Source of the DNA: Botryllus schlosseri
Lineage: Eukaryota
NCBI GenBank assembly: GCA_051294905.1
Contig: CM119384.1
Span: 15,128,001 to 15,192,000 of the forward strand
Direction of reading: 5' to 3'
Length of the DNA: 64,000 bases
Shown piece after piece: positions 12,701 through 24,110 of this stretch. The position numbers were made by a program, and so were the translations under genes. Within the stretch, counting starts at the first letter, position 1, and each line of letters begins with the position of its first letter. Under the pieces are notes generated by a model, which was not told the origin of the DNA, did not search any database, and saw only the letters and a list, made by a program, of their open reading frames with translations.

Positions 12701-15664
12701 TTCCCAAGAAAATGCCCAATTTGTGGAACAATATGCCAACCACTCAACTAGAGCTGGTCGAAGTTGTCATCCTTGGCACTCCAGGATAAGTAGAAGTAAC
12801 AATGTATGTAAAAATTCGAAGTACTCTAGGTCTATTTTTACCTAAATAACTGGAAACTCTTTTTGTAGAAATTTCCTTTCCTACCTGTACTTGAAACGGT
12901 CGATATTATCCGAAACGAAATCTGGCAGAAATGCTGCAAAACTATCTGGTAATACCATGCACGTGGAAGTTGGCTGTCAACGTTCAGTACACTTCAATTA
13001 CAATCAGTTTGAAAAGATACCGAGACAGACAAAGCGTGCCTGTTATCCCAATCTGGTCTTGTCTTGCCAGAACTTGTTTTTCAAGCATCACAAAGGACTC
13101 ATTTTCATTGCAGTCGCATGTTCAATGAAACTGAAGGCCTGCTAGTTCAAGCGTTACGATTGAATGAGGAAAATCCCGATCGGGATGTGCTGAGCGCTCT
13201 TGGGATGCTCTACAACTTGGGCTGTGAGCACGACAATGCAATTGACTGCATCCAGGTATGAAGACATAGAAATTTATTTATGTTACGCTATAGTACAGAA
13301 TCAACATCAGATTCATTTTATTAGAAATTTCATCATTTCTCCATTAGCACATGAATTTTGAACTAAAATTATGCTAGTGATATAATGTAAGAGTATGCAC
13401 ATTGTACACTTAATGAGAAGTCGTTTCGAGGAATATCAAAAAATGGAGTATTGATGAAATGTGTTTTCAATTCTTGTAACATTGGTCACAGCCATATCAG
13501 CCTAATTCTGTTGACTATTATTTGCCTTAAGAGAGCTGATACGTTTCCTCCTGGTAGCGACTTGTTTTCTTCCGGTTAATAGGTTTCCAATAACTGACAA
13601 TCTCTTTAAGATGGCTCTCTCGATGAATCAAGACGATCCTGTCATGTGGAACAAACTCGGCGAAACATATACCTGTTGTGGAAACTATGCACAGGTAAAC
13701 TTGATTCGTAATTTTCTTTTGAACCAAATCCTTATGATGTTACTTCCCACTTGATTTCAGGCGGCTCATGCTTTCAAGAAAGCTTTGGAACTTCACCCGA
13801 ATTACATAGAAGCAATGTACAATCTTGGGTCGTCTTGTACATATCTGAAATGTTATCGGTATGTTTGCAATTGTTATCTAGTTATACCAGAGGTGACCAT
13901 ACCAGAGGTGACCAAACTGTGCCCACGGACCACCTGTGGGTTGTATACTTGCCGTTGTTCTGAGACCCCCTATAGGGCGGTCAAACTAACTCCCGGGAGA
14001 CTTCGTCCCACGTCTTCTATGGGTTATTTCATCACCAACTGTTATGCATACAATTGCACTCACCTTGTCTATAACTAAGCGTTATATATTATGCAAATCA
14101 CGAACGATCCAAACTAACAACGTATTTTGTCAATAATATTGTAGGGTTACCATATTTTAGAATCGGGAAAGGACGACACCTTTTCAAAATTTAACACTGA
14201 AATGTGGTTGGTTGACTAAAAAAAAGTCAACTTTCCGGCTCAGCTCCTCGGTGGACATTTTCAAAAACCTCAAAGGAGGACGTATGGTAACCCTATAATA
14301 TTGGTACTGGCTTGCATCACTGCATGTATTGCTTTTAATGTTTTATTTAGTCTGACCTCATCTGATCAGATTTACCGGTAGAGCTGATGGAGGTGATGTG
14401 TGTATTTAGGGTAACTAATTAGACGTCTGTAGTCATGTTCACGATTACCGAGGTTTTGCTTCCTATATATTTCGGCGTTGCAAACGGATTGCGCTCCACA
14501 AGAATTGCAGAATGCAGATGAATGTTGCGAGTGAATTATTTAGAATTAAGAAAGCTCTCCTTAGTTACTAACATGCTATGATTAATATTTTGAAGTTGAG
14601 GTTAAAACGTCATTGGATGGAAACTCTTTACATCCAAGTTTTGTGAATCATGTATGAAAGCCGCTATCCTCTGGATGCTAAAAGCCTGCATTTGTATTCT
14701 ACCATCTTAAAAATTGATACTGTGTCTTTTTGGGGGAACGATTGAATTTTCTAACGAAAAAAACTAAACATTAGCGGGAGGTCATACACTTCGATTTAGG
14801 CAACACCAGTGATGTTACATAAATTTGAAAGTAGGAGTGTCTCGAACATACATGGCTACTCCAGTAACAAATATTATATTTATTCTGGAATTCACTCATC
14901 ATTCATAGCTGTGATTAAGTGGAAGTTGAAAATAGGACTGATGAAAGAGAGTCTTTATTTTCATCCAACCAAAATACATCAAAAAAATACAGACGGCAAT
15001 GATGGTGGTACAGAAAATATGCATGCACAGCATTCAGTATCAGATAAGAATGATTGATACGACCGTGAAGGTCGATACAGCCCGGAGCCCACAGATCCGT
15101 TACAATTTTGAAAATCAATATCGATACGACCGTGAAGGTCGATACAGCCTGGAGTTCACCGATCCGTTACAATTTTGAAAATCGATACGACCGTGATAGT
15201 CGATACAGCCCGGAGTTCACCGATCCGTTACCATTTTGAAAATCGATATGACCGTGAAGGTCGATACAGCCCGGAGTTCACCGATCCGTTACCATTTTGA
15301 AAATCGATACGACCGTGAAGGTTGATACAGCCCGGAGTTCACCGATCCGTTACAATTTTGAAAATCAATAACTGATTCGTGCCATTTTCTCATGCTGTAC
15401 CAAAACTAATTGCATTTCTTCCTTTTATACAGGCAGGCCATGGTACATCATCTGACCGCCATCAGTCTGCAACGTAAATACGGAAAATTCCTTCATACGA
15501 CCAGTGGAGAAAAGATACAATACTCTACAATGTGGGAGGGTGTGAGAAGGATGGGGCCTAAAGTTGGTGACCCCCGAGTGGAGAGTGCCGCTGAACGGAT
15601 AAATTTCGAAGAGATGTATCGAATCGTTGTTATGGACCCGTCATGGGTCATGAAAAGTCAGTGA
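789..15664 (+). CDS. Divergent PEX5-like peroxisomal import receptor paralog (TPR protein), 14 coding exons, ~569 aa
   Basis: Exons read from sequence with GT-AG ends and consistent phases: 789-912, 6419-6541, 6596-6721, 6916-6988, 8625-8713, 8774-8820, 10656-10796, 11087-11242, 11310-11380, 11841-12044, 13114-13255, 13611-13694, 13761-13858, 15433-15664 (sum 1710 nt, no internal stop). PEX5 hallmarks: MSTMKDLVSGACGGSNPL, HTFHMGELL, WKNDY, YRFQKDNPY..AFEKG..LMFEAAL, AWLHLG, LGMLYNL, MWNKLG, ALELHPNY..YNLG. Extra N-terminal micro-exons cannot be excluded. Confidence 0.85.
1267..1330. repeat. 31-bp direct tandem duplication
   Basis: CTTTACATATTACAATTTAACGTCAGAAGGT occurs twice head to tail. 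Confidence 0.8.
1417..2378. mobile_element. Composite non-autonomous element with inverted ends and an internal CCCTAA-rich repeat
   Basis: TTACCAGTGAACTCGGCCCTCG (~1418) is inverted relative to CGAGGGCCGAGTTCACTGGCAA (~2356-2377). It contains a foldback-family fragment (1620-1805) and CCCTAA/C-rich units (1880-2100). A related end occurs at ~9431. Confidence 0.6.
2869..3380. mobile_element. hAT-type MITE (512 bp)
   Basis: TIR TAGGGCTGGGCAAAAT / ATTTTGCCCAGCCCTA; perfect 8-bp TSD GAGATAAC (2861-2868 and 3381-3388). Confidence 0.9.
9640..9785. repeat. Interspersed repeat family with GCTGAC..GTCAGC hairpin
   Basis: Similar copies (CTACTAGTTGCTGAC...GTGTCAGC...GTTCT.CACCTCCAAGAAGC) at ~36470-36600, ~36650-36730 and ~51025-51150. 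Confidence 0.7.
10279..10480 (+). mobile_element. tRNA-derived SINE (diverged subfamily)
   Basis: Head GATAGCGTAATG...GGATTCGATCC (A-box and B-box-like), followed by the GTCAGACCAAAGAC...CTTGGCGCTCA body shared with the SINE at 22801. Confidence 0.65.
12455..12625 (+). mobile_element. 5'-truncated SINE copy
   Basis: Matches the body of 22865-23030 (CCAGAGACTCGAAAA...CACGGATAGCGTGGAGGAGAAAAAAAACGGGGG.GCAGACTAGATGAC...TGGTGCAGG). Confidence 0.8.
14142..14295. mobile_element. hAT-type MITE (154 bp)
   Basis: TIR TAGGGTTACCATA / TATGGTAACCCTA; perfect 8-bp TSD TAATATTG. Confidence 0.9.
15056..15366. repeat. Minisatellite, 5 x ~61 bp
   Basis: Unit GATACGACCGTGAAGGTCGATACAGCCCGGAGTTCACCGATCCGTTACAATTTTGAAAATC, near-identical copies, in the last intron of the PEX5-like gene. 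Confidence 0.95.
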
Positions 15665-17678
15665 TGCTCTTGCAAGGACTCCGACAATGTTAATATTTTC
15701 TGTTGAGGTGGAATTTTCATGTGCGAATGCCAACTCAGTTGGACATTGAATGAATTTTTGGTATCGACATAGCTGGACGTATCATTAGCGACTACTATTG
15801 GTTGTCCGGTAATTGAAGCCTGCCCGTCTAGGATGAGTACTCGAGTAGTGTGATTGATTGGTCTATTGCACATAACCAGGGCTATTTTACATTGAATATT
15901 CATGCTACCAATGATGCTGTAATGTCTACGGACAGATTAATGGGAATTAATATCGCAGGCTTGTTACTTGCTGATGGTACTATACTTGACTCCACTACCA
16001 GTAGTACATATATATTTGCTTGAAGCCATGTCTACTTGAACCATGAGTACTGCTCTTCCATGCTTGGGTACTTATCACAAATTACAGCTGGGCAGAATCG
16101 CGTGCAGAGTGCTAGCCCGAGTCTGGTACTCGGGTAGCCTACGACTCACTAAGTCTCCATTACAGACTTGGAGTGTCCAAACGATTAATTTTTGTGTGAC
16201 CACGAAGGGAATAGCAAATATTAAATTTATTGCAAGTCTACAACCTCTATACAGAAATTTAGTTGCCATTCTGCTACATGCATTGAATGATATGGTACTG
16301 CCCTGCGTGCGTATTGGCGTTCAAGGTACCCACAGTGGGAGGAAAGTATCGCAACCACAATTTTTGTTCATGAAGCAAAAAGGAGCATATAATTTCAGTA
16401 CCCGAAAATATCGGCTTCCCGGCTTCCACTACGTGGTCGCCCTTATCCCTTGTGTTAGATTTGTATTATGTAGTACACCACTGTGTTCTGTATAGATTTG
16501 TATTATGTCGTATATCACTGTGCTCTGTAAAGTTTTGTTATTGGTTGGTGCGACCTTGAACTTTATCGCAAAATTATGATATGTTCAGGGTAATTCTTTT
16601 CCATCTCTGAGGTGGAAATTTCCAAATTCTGGTAAGACCAACCCATTATCCACTGTGTGTGATGACTTCATCAAATATTATGCCGTCGATGTTTCTTCGT
16701 AATGAAATGTTATTGTGGAATTGTGTATTTTTTAGTAATCTTTGACTGGAAGGGGAGTAACGGCAGGAAAATACAGTTTTGTTGCGAGACCGAGGTGTGA
16801 AGTGTATAAGAGTAAGAGTGCTTGCCGATTCAACGACTCCATAACAGTAGTGCTACCATTATAGGGTTGTAAAATTATGCCATTGCTGTGTAAATACTCA
16901 TCAAAAACATGTATGAGGCTACGGACGATTACGACCCGATATAGCCGACGTATACGATATGGGATGGTTGGAACCCTCAAAATAGTCGGTTCAACAGCTA
17001 CAGCACCGTACGTAGATATTTCGTCAAAGTAGCTATATTTTCAATTGTCAATGTCGTTCGACTATGACATCACAATTGAATATTCGTAATGTGGCCTTAA
17101 AAAACATGATTTTGGCCTTCTTTTAAACGTGCCTGTTTTAATGTAACCCTAGTTATACCATACGTCCTCTGTTAAAAAGATTTGTCCTCTTTCTTTCAAT
17201 AAATTGAAAGTGTCCTCAGAAGACGCCTAAATGTCCCCCTATTTTTCAAGAAAAAGTCTTGAAATGCAGGGTTGTAACCAAGTCACAAGTCAATCTCACT
17301 TATAGTTTTGACTCGAGTCAATTTCAATTCACCACCTAGTCAAGTCCAAGTCACGGAGAAGAGTGTCGAGTCCAAGTCATTGTCTTGACTGATCAGTTCC
17401 GAGATAGTGTCATGTGAAACCCACTTTTTACAACTCTGCTCGGTGATGTCGATAGCTTCGCATTCATAATATACTAATTTTCATCACTTTTAACAGTTTT
17501 TGGTAACATTTTCAAGTACCAGTACTGTAAGCCTAAACTAAACCGCCCTGGCGCGTAAGGCCTAATCGCGTCGAGCAAGTGGGACGGTGAAGATATCGTG
17601 CCATAAATTTTGTCAGCGTGTTAAGAAACCATGACGAGCTGTCGCGGGCCCGCGGCAACTGGAGCGTGAAGGTCCTGT

Positions 17679-17806
17679 GGAAATTTCAATAAATTGTAGC
17701 GTCATTTCGGTGGCGTTATTAAGAAAATGGTTGCGGCCAAAAATATTTTTTCGTTTTGCCCTTCAACTTGAGACCAGATCATCTTTAGCGTACAGTGCCT
17801 CTTTAA
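17679..17806. mobile_element. Diverged fragment of the TTAA-flanked palindromic element
   Basis: Aligns by eye to 30157-30282 (GGAAATTTCAAT...TTTTGCCCTTCAA.TTGAGACCA.ATCAT.TTTAG.GT.CAGTGCC.CTTTAA). Confidence 0.75.
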
Positions 17807-18795
17807 AAACTCGACTCCGACGCAGCGAATGGCTAAAGTTTTGTAATAAATCGGGCGAAACGTAGATCGAGTCGAAGTGACGACCTTTTTTGTTGGAAAC
17901 TTTTATAATTAACCATTTTCTTTTCCGGTATTACAGCTTTCAAAGCTTTTAAAAAGTGTCCTCTTTCTGATCTCAAAATATAACCCTATGCACATAAAAA
18001 ATTCAATTGCCAACTGCCATTTTGGTAGGTAGCTGACATTTTTCAGACTTTCTTGAACTATGGGGCGTGAAAGTGAGGCGCAAACTGTTTGTAGACAAGG
18101 CGTTACGGCGTAACTGCCATACCCTATTGATGATATGATTACATTACATTTTCAAAGTCTTCACCAGCTCTACCGCCAACTCTGGTGACATCAATTATTG
18201 CAATATATGGAAGAACCAATATTATTGACAGAATTCGTTCATGAACTTAAAATTGTTTCGCGCAGTGCACGACCACAAAACCACGTTGCAGTAAGCGGAA
18301 GAAATAAATATAGATACATCTTGATACGATTAGTACCGGTTTTCTGATGATATCGAGACGGTATCACACTCTAAAAGAAAGGTCAAAATATCAATAATTT
18401 TCGTATCGTCACAATACGAGAGCAGGGAGTCGGCGATCAAAAATCTGCTACTGCGAGACTGGAAATATCCTAGCTTTCAGGTTGAAGTAGTCTAAGTAGT
18501 GGAAGTAGAAGTAACATCATACATTTATACTCGAATAGAACTAGAAGAGACGATTCGCAAGTGAAAAAGTAAATAGGCTATTCTAGGTGACGTTTTGAAA
18601 ACTGTTCAGTAGAAGTATTCTAAAACCATAACCCCTCGAGTGCAAGTAGGTGAAAACTTGTTGATGAGCACGAATCCGAATAATGCCGTCCAGAATCCGA
18701 AAAATCCGAATCGAATAACTTTTCCGAAGAGTACAGCTGAGCAGAGTAAAGCTAAGGCTTGTAATGTAGCATGTGCAAGCACATGCACATTGCTC

Positions 18796-18964
18796 TGTCT
18801 TGGCTCTTGTCTTTTTTCTATATCGGCTCCTCTTGCGAGATTTTTATGCCGCCGTAAGAACAGCGACACGGGGGACGTGGAGCCCAGAATATCCTCCGAC
18901 AGCAGGACTTGAACACGGGCCGACTGCTTAACTGGCGCCGACCCTCACCATTACGCAATACCCC
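18796..18964 (-). mobile_element. tRNA-derived SINE (second family)
   Basis: Minus strand reads GGGGTATTGCGTAATGGTGAGGG...CCCGTGTTCAAGTCCTG (A-box and B-box), with an A-rich 3' end. Confidence 0.55.
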
Positions 18965-19223
18965 TTCAAATATTTGATTTTGAGACGTGCCTGGCAGAAT
19001 GCTTTCATATCTAGCCTACCTTTCGTATCTAAACCAGACTCTGCGGGACAACCCTACTCTTGTTCGCGGAGGGTGCATTCGTTTGCAATTCTTAATGTTA
19101 CGAAGAAGAAAGCTCTGAAAACAGAGGACATTGAAGGAGAAACATGCTGTTCGTTCATTGGTAATGAATGAGTTGATCGCAAGAAAGTAATGTTAACTAC
19201 CCAACCAAAATGTGGTCTGTTAA

Positions 19224-19633
19224 TAGGGTTAGGCCTACCATATTTTTGAAATCTGAAAAGAGGACACTTTTTCAAAATTTTCAGACTTGCAATACCGGAG
19301 GAAAATCCTGAAAAAATGGTTATTTTTTTGCACTTCGTGTTCGGTTGACTGAAAAAGAAGGTCAACTTTCGTGCTCAGTTCCCAAAATACAGTTTTTCTT
19401 TCACATTATCAGTTGGTTGACTCAAAAATGATGGATCAGCTTCAGCTTCCGACATAGCCGCCGGAGTGTTACTTCAGTGCTGACTTACTGTATCTCAGTC
19501 GAATTTTGACCCAAATTCTCAAAAAAGAGGACAAAATCTCAAAGAATAGGACATTTGGGCGTCCTCCGAGGACACTTTTATAAAGTCAAAAAAGAGGACA
19601 AATCCTCTTAAAAAATGACGTTTGGTAACCCTA
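19224..19633. mobile_element. hAT-type MITE (TAGGGTTACC family)
   Basis: Same termini and AGAGGACA internal motifs as 14142 and 40474; a 2.3-kb element has inserted at its right terminus. Confidence 0.8.
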
Positions 19634-19636
19634 TAC

Positions 19637-21938
19637 CAAGCCTGGGCAAAGTGCGGTCCGCGGAGCTATTCTGTGTGACCCGCGAAAGGTTGCTTGAAAT
19701 TGAAAATATAAAACCTACTTTTTAATGTTGCTGCGTAGACTAAAACCATAGGATGTATAAACTCAACCGGAAATTCGTTTACTATCAAGCCTATGTACAT
19801 TAACATGCCACGATGACATGCAGCCTATTCGTACCTCACATGCCTAATCCAAACTAAAAAAAAAGTCAATATAGCAAATTATGCCGTTACAATTAAATTC
19901 ACAAGCAGTCACCAAACCTTCTTTGTTGTCATTGTCACATTACACGGTCTGTGTTCCAAATTGTTACGTGATGCGTTTCCAAATCCCTAACTCGCAAAAC
20001 AAGTCAATCAGTGCCCGTGATTTCTATGAGTATATCACCACCCAAAAAGGATGTAAAAAAAAAGCCGAAAGTTGTAATTCAAAGAAGGTTCGGGGGACTA
20101 AATATTTGTTTACTGGTGAGGGGTAAACCCGTCATTTTAGTAGTTAGTGCCGAGCACGTCGCCGTGTTTAAGGAGTATGTAATTTAAGTCGGTTCGATGA
20201 CAAAAACACGAAGACTTACACTCGGTCAAAGGACGGCGAATTTCGCAATAACTGCAACTGCAAGCTTGACGCACCCCAAATCCCCCAATTGGGGGCGAGC
20301 TCGAAGGACGCCCAAAATCATTTCGTGAATGAACAAGGGCTGTTCAAAAATAACTTTTTCTTCTGGATTCCCGCCATTCAGGCATTAAATTGTCAGGTTA
20401 CCCTGAAAAACGCTGCTCACCAAATTTGGTTCAATTCTATCAAGTATAAGGCTCTGCAGATCCAATAAAAAAATTTAATTTATAATGAAATTTAAAAAAA
20501 ATTGGAGTCTTTCGTTGATATTTCTCGGATTATCGTTGATCGGTGATAATCCGAGGATTATCAACGAAAAACTCAAATAAATCCGCTTCTACTAGTTGGA
20601 ATTGACTCAAATTTGTTTTGCATCGTCTTTGAAGACAGCTCAACAATTTCGTGGGGTCGACAGAAAACTTTTAAAAAATTTTTTTTTTAATTTTTCATTA
20701 TAAATTAAAAATTTTAATTCGATCTGCGGAGCCTTATACTTGATAGAATTGAACCAAATTTGGTGCGCAGCGTTTTTCAGGGTAACGTGGCAATTTAATG
20801 CCTGAATGGCTGGAATCCAGAAGAAAAAGTTATTTTTGAACAGCCCAGAGCATTTTTTTGAAAACTTATGCAACTTGTTTCAAATTTTTCTCTCGCTATA
20901 CGCGCGATTTGGAGATCAATGGTTTATAGAATTGGGCATTTCGGCGTCAGCCATTACCGCGCCACGACGCACCAAGATATATGAATGTCAGGCCAACACG
21001 GGATTACAAGAAGTCATTGCAATTCCAACTGCTCATCAAATTGACTTGGTAAAGGGGAAAAAATTCGACAGCGAGAAACTCTTGGCCGAAAAGGAATGCC
21101 CTTATGTTGACCGAAAACCACCATGTCCAATTGTCCGTCCATCTCCATAGGCATTCCTATTGGCCAAGCCAGTGAAGAAATACCAATTGGGAATCGTGTG
21201 CGTCTTTTAGTTTAGTACGATTAGGCGATTTCAATATCTTTTCACATAGTAGACGGGAGGTCACGAAATAACAAAATATAACGAAGTAATTATACCAACG
21301 GGCCCTCCCGAATATCTCCAAGACAGCACCTCACTCAGCTCTAGGGGTAAAACTGAGTACGTGGGCTGAGAGAGGTTAAAAAATATAGCAATATATATGC
21401 AATTACTAATGTTATTGACCGATTGAATCATGAATAATGGAAAAATTCCACGCTTCGCGCGATTAGGGCTGACAATGTTGCCAATCAGTGTATACAAGAA
21501 ATCTCGCTCAGAAGTAGTGTCAAAAACGTGCATCCCGATGGGTCTGGTCTGGGAGGCGATGCCCCCAGAAGTTTGGTTTATAACTCTATGGGGCGGGCCA
21601 AGACCAACGTTTGGGAGGGGGTTGACGACGGGCTGACACATTTAATGTATTGATAAAAAAAAAACGCGGATAGGGGTTTAAAGAGAGTTCAAAAGGTATC
21701 ATGTTTAACATTGTTTCAAAATATGACGGCAAATAAATATTTTTTTGGTGATTAACCGTCAATTTCTCATTCCCCAATATCAACACATCCACTGAGCACC
21801 ATTTAGTGTAATTCACTGCTTTCAATTTAGAAATAAAACCAATACGCTGTAAAATACAGCTAAAATTTTTGACTCGGCCCGCCAACATATTTTCTGCTTC
21901 TCATTTGGCCCGCGGAGAAAAATAATTGCCCACCCCTG
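19637..21938. mobile_element. 2.3-kb non-autonomous hAT (Charlie-like) element
   Basis: Ends CAAGCCTGGGCAA..GCGGTCCGCGG and GGCCCGCGG..TTGCCCACCCCTG; perfect 8-bp TSD CCCTATAC (19629-19636 and 21939-21946). Confidence 0.75.
20337..20846. mobile_element. Long inverted-repeat (foldback/MITE) element nested in the 2.3-kb hAT element
   Basis: ~150-bp arms, GGGCTGTTCAAAAATAAC... / ...GTTATTTTTGAACAGCCC, plus an internal inverted segment at ~20505-20575. Confidence 0.8.
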
Positions 21939-22489
21939 CCCTATACTGTTACTAATATATTCACGTGAGACGCGATTGCTGTTAGTCTTTATATATTCAA
22001 GTATTTGGGGCCGTTAAGCAAGTTATGGTAATCTAAGAACCATTGCACTAAAGCGGTGGCGCTCTTCTTTGGCCTCGGGAACGGACACCGGATCCAGATG
22101 GAAACGAATCATTTATCCACATAAATGTATCTGGTGGCGTCTGCGACTAGAAATTTTGTGCTGTACTGCAGTATAGACAACTAACCTACGATCCGTAGGT
22201 TAGTAATCTTTAGGTTAGTATATTATAGTTATTCTATAGCTGTGGAGATTAGTTAAATTGGTTTGGATTTAAGGCACAAATACAAACTAATAATCTCTTG
22301 CGTATCATGCCAAACTTCGGATTCAAACGGATGATAACTGAATTTTATTAAAAATTTGCATCAACATTAGAGAATATTACATATTATATGTCCAAATGTA
22401 GCTTGAAACAAATCTGTAAACCCATATACGATCCTAGTCCGACTAAAATCGCCTACTTCAAATCCAAATCCGTGCTCACATTGCGTATG

Positions 22490-22800
22490 TCTGCCTATAG
22501 ATAACTAACCTACGGATAGATACCCAACACCCGTCGTCACGCTTGCTTGCCCGGAGGTAATTACTGCTCAGCAATCTGAACGCAACATAATTGCTAATCC
22601 CATAGCTGACGACCCGCGTGCTCAAATTCAATAAAGTTGATCTTATATGAAAGCTACTGTCGCACTGATTCCGAAAATATACATTAAAATCTAAGCAGGG
22701 CAGTGGAACCCCCTTGAAATACACCTCAAAGTCTGAAAATCGGCATTGTTCTGAACAATCGCAACCACGCTAGGGACATTGTTATGGTCATTGTGTTGCG
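22490..22800. mobile_element. Left arm of a foldback element (type B), cut at its centre by a SINE
   Basis: Matches 24111-24385 and the reverse complement of 24390-24636 plus 25063-25095. Confidence 0.8.
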
Positions 22801-23057
22801 TGATAGTGTAATGGTTATGCGTCCGGCTTCTCGAGCGGTAGGTCGTGGGCTCGATCCCCGGCCGGGTCATACCAAAGACTCGAAAATTGGTATCCGCAGC
22901 TATCCCGCTAGGCGCTCAGCAATCACGGATAGCATGGAGGAGAAAAAAAACGGGGGCGCAGACTAGATGACCTCATTGGGCCGTATCGCAACTCCGTCGT
23001 CAAAGCATCTCGATGGTGCAGGCGAAAAAGAATATCATATCTCTCTCTCTCTCTCTC
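22801..23057 (+). mobile_element. Full-length tRNA-derived SINE ending in a (CT)n tail
   Basis: TGATAGTGTAATGG (A box), GGCTCGATCCC (B box), tRNA-like head, body shared with the copies at 12455 and 10279, CT tail at 23040-23057. Confidence 0.8.
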
Positions 23058-23179
23058 CCAGAAAATCCAATCCAAATCCGTTCAGAAAACAATCTCTAAT
23101 CCTAATCCAATCCAAATTCGACAAAATTTCACAAATCCTGTTTTTTCAAATCCTAATCCTAATCCATGCTCAATTGCTC

Positions 23180-23217
23180 ATAACATAACATAACATAACA
23201 TAACATAACATAACATG
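23180..23217. repeat. (ACATA)n microsatellite
   Basis: About 7 tandem ATAAC units. Confidence 0.9.
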
Positions 23218-23342
23218 GTTGGGTTATATTTTTATCTGAACAAGTCACACACAATGTACAATGCGATAAGACACAATGCGATGTCATGAACAGATAGGAG
23301 GATGTAGAACGACACGCATCAGTAGCGATCCTTTACTCTAAC

Positions 23343-23932
23343 TATAGAAATTAAACATGGAACGGCAACAACCGATTTTGCAGCTTCGTTCCGCTTCGCC
23401 GAGGCTGGAGTAGAGAATAGTTTTGCGTAAGCGACTGTAGGATTTCTGGCAATCCAAAAGCTATCTTCCCGAGCGCAGAAATTACTGAATCTGGTCTTGA
23501 TCGAAAGCTACTGTTACACCGATTCCGAAAATATAAATTATAATATTGATCAGGCACTGATCCACCTAGAATCTGTCCTCCAAGTCTGAAATATCGGCAT
23601 TGTTCAGAACAATCGGGCAACCGCAACACAATGGCCATAACAATGACCCGTTACGACCCTCCGATTGTTCGAACAATGCCGTTATTCAGACTTGGAGGAC
23701 GGATTGTAGGTGGATCAGTGCTTGATCATTATTTTAATTTATATTTTCGGAATCGGTGCAACAGTAGCTTTCGATCAAGACCAGATTCAGTAATTTCTGC
23801 GCTCGGGAAGATAGCTTTTGGATTGCCAGAAATCCTACAGTCGCTTACGCAAAACTATTCTCTACTCCAGCCTCGGCGAAGCGGAACGAAGCTGCAAAAT
23901 CGGTCGTTGCCGTTCCATGTTTAATTTCTATA
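23343..23932. mobile_element. Foldback element type A (~590-bp palindrome)
   Basis: ~270-bp near-perfect inverted arms; flanking direct repeat (TA)CTCTAAC of 7-9 bp; arm fragments also at 1620-1805 and 28175-28320. Confidence 0.85.
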
Positions 23933-24110
23933 CTCTAACCATAGTGTTCTAAGGAACTATGCTCTAACATCCACCTCGGCCTAGAGTGCCCGATGTCACA
24001 GTTCTTTTTGATGTTGATCTCTTTGAAGCCGCGGCCCTTTCTACTAGTTCTTTTCCATTCATTGTGAGTGCTTTCTTTCGTCGGGTGCTTCGAGTGCTTT
24101 CTCATCTCTG

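Noticed and set aside
15056-15366. CRISPR-like array
   Set aside because: Units are contiguous near-identical copies with no unique spacers, in a eukaryotic intron.
789-15664. Calling the upstream copy PEX5L/TRIP8b
   Set aside because: It has the PEX5-type N-terminal Cys motif and a degenerate pocket, the opposite of TRIP8b.
18606-18869. ORF resembling a cytochrome b561 transmembrane segment (HATLQALALLC)
   Set aside because: The frame overlaps a SINE tail and a GGATT-rich MITE fragment, with no supporting exons.
20806-21150. Gypsy integrase-like words (GHFGV, ECQ, IDLVKG, VDR)
   Set aside because: The motifs are in different frames with wrong spacing and are most likely chance; noted only as unexplained cargo.
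22801-22870. tRNA gene
   Set aside because: I could not find a proper acceptor stem, and it continues into a SINE body found at other loci.
23351-23924. Two near-identical ORFs on opposite strands
   Set aside because: Artefact of the palindromic element; the same applies to 29821-30247.
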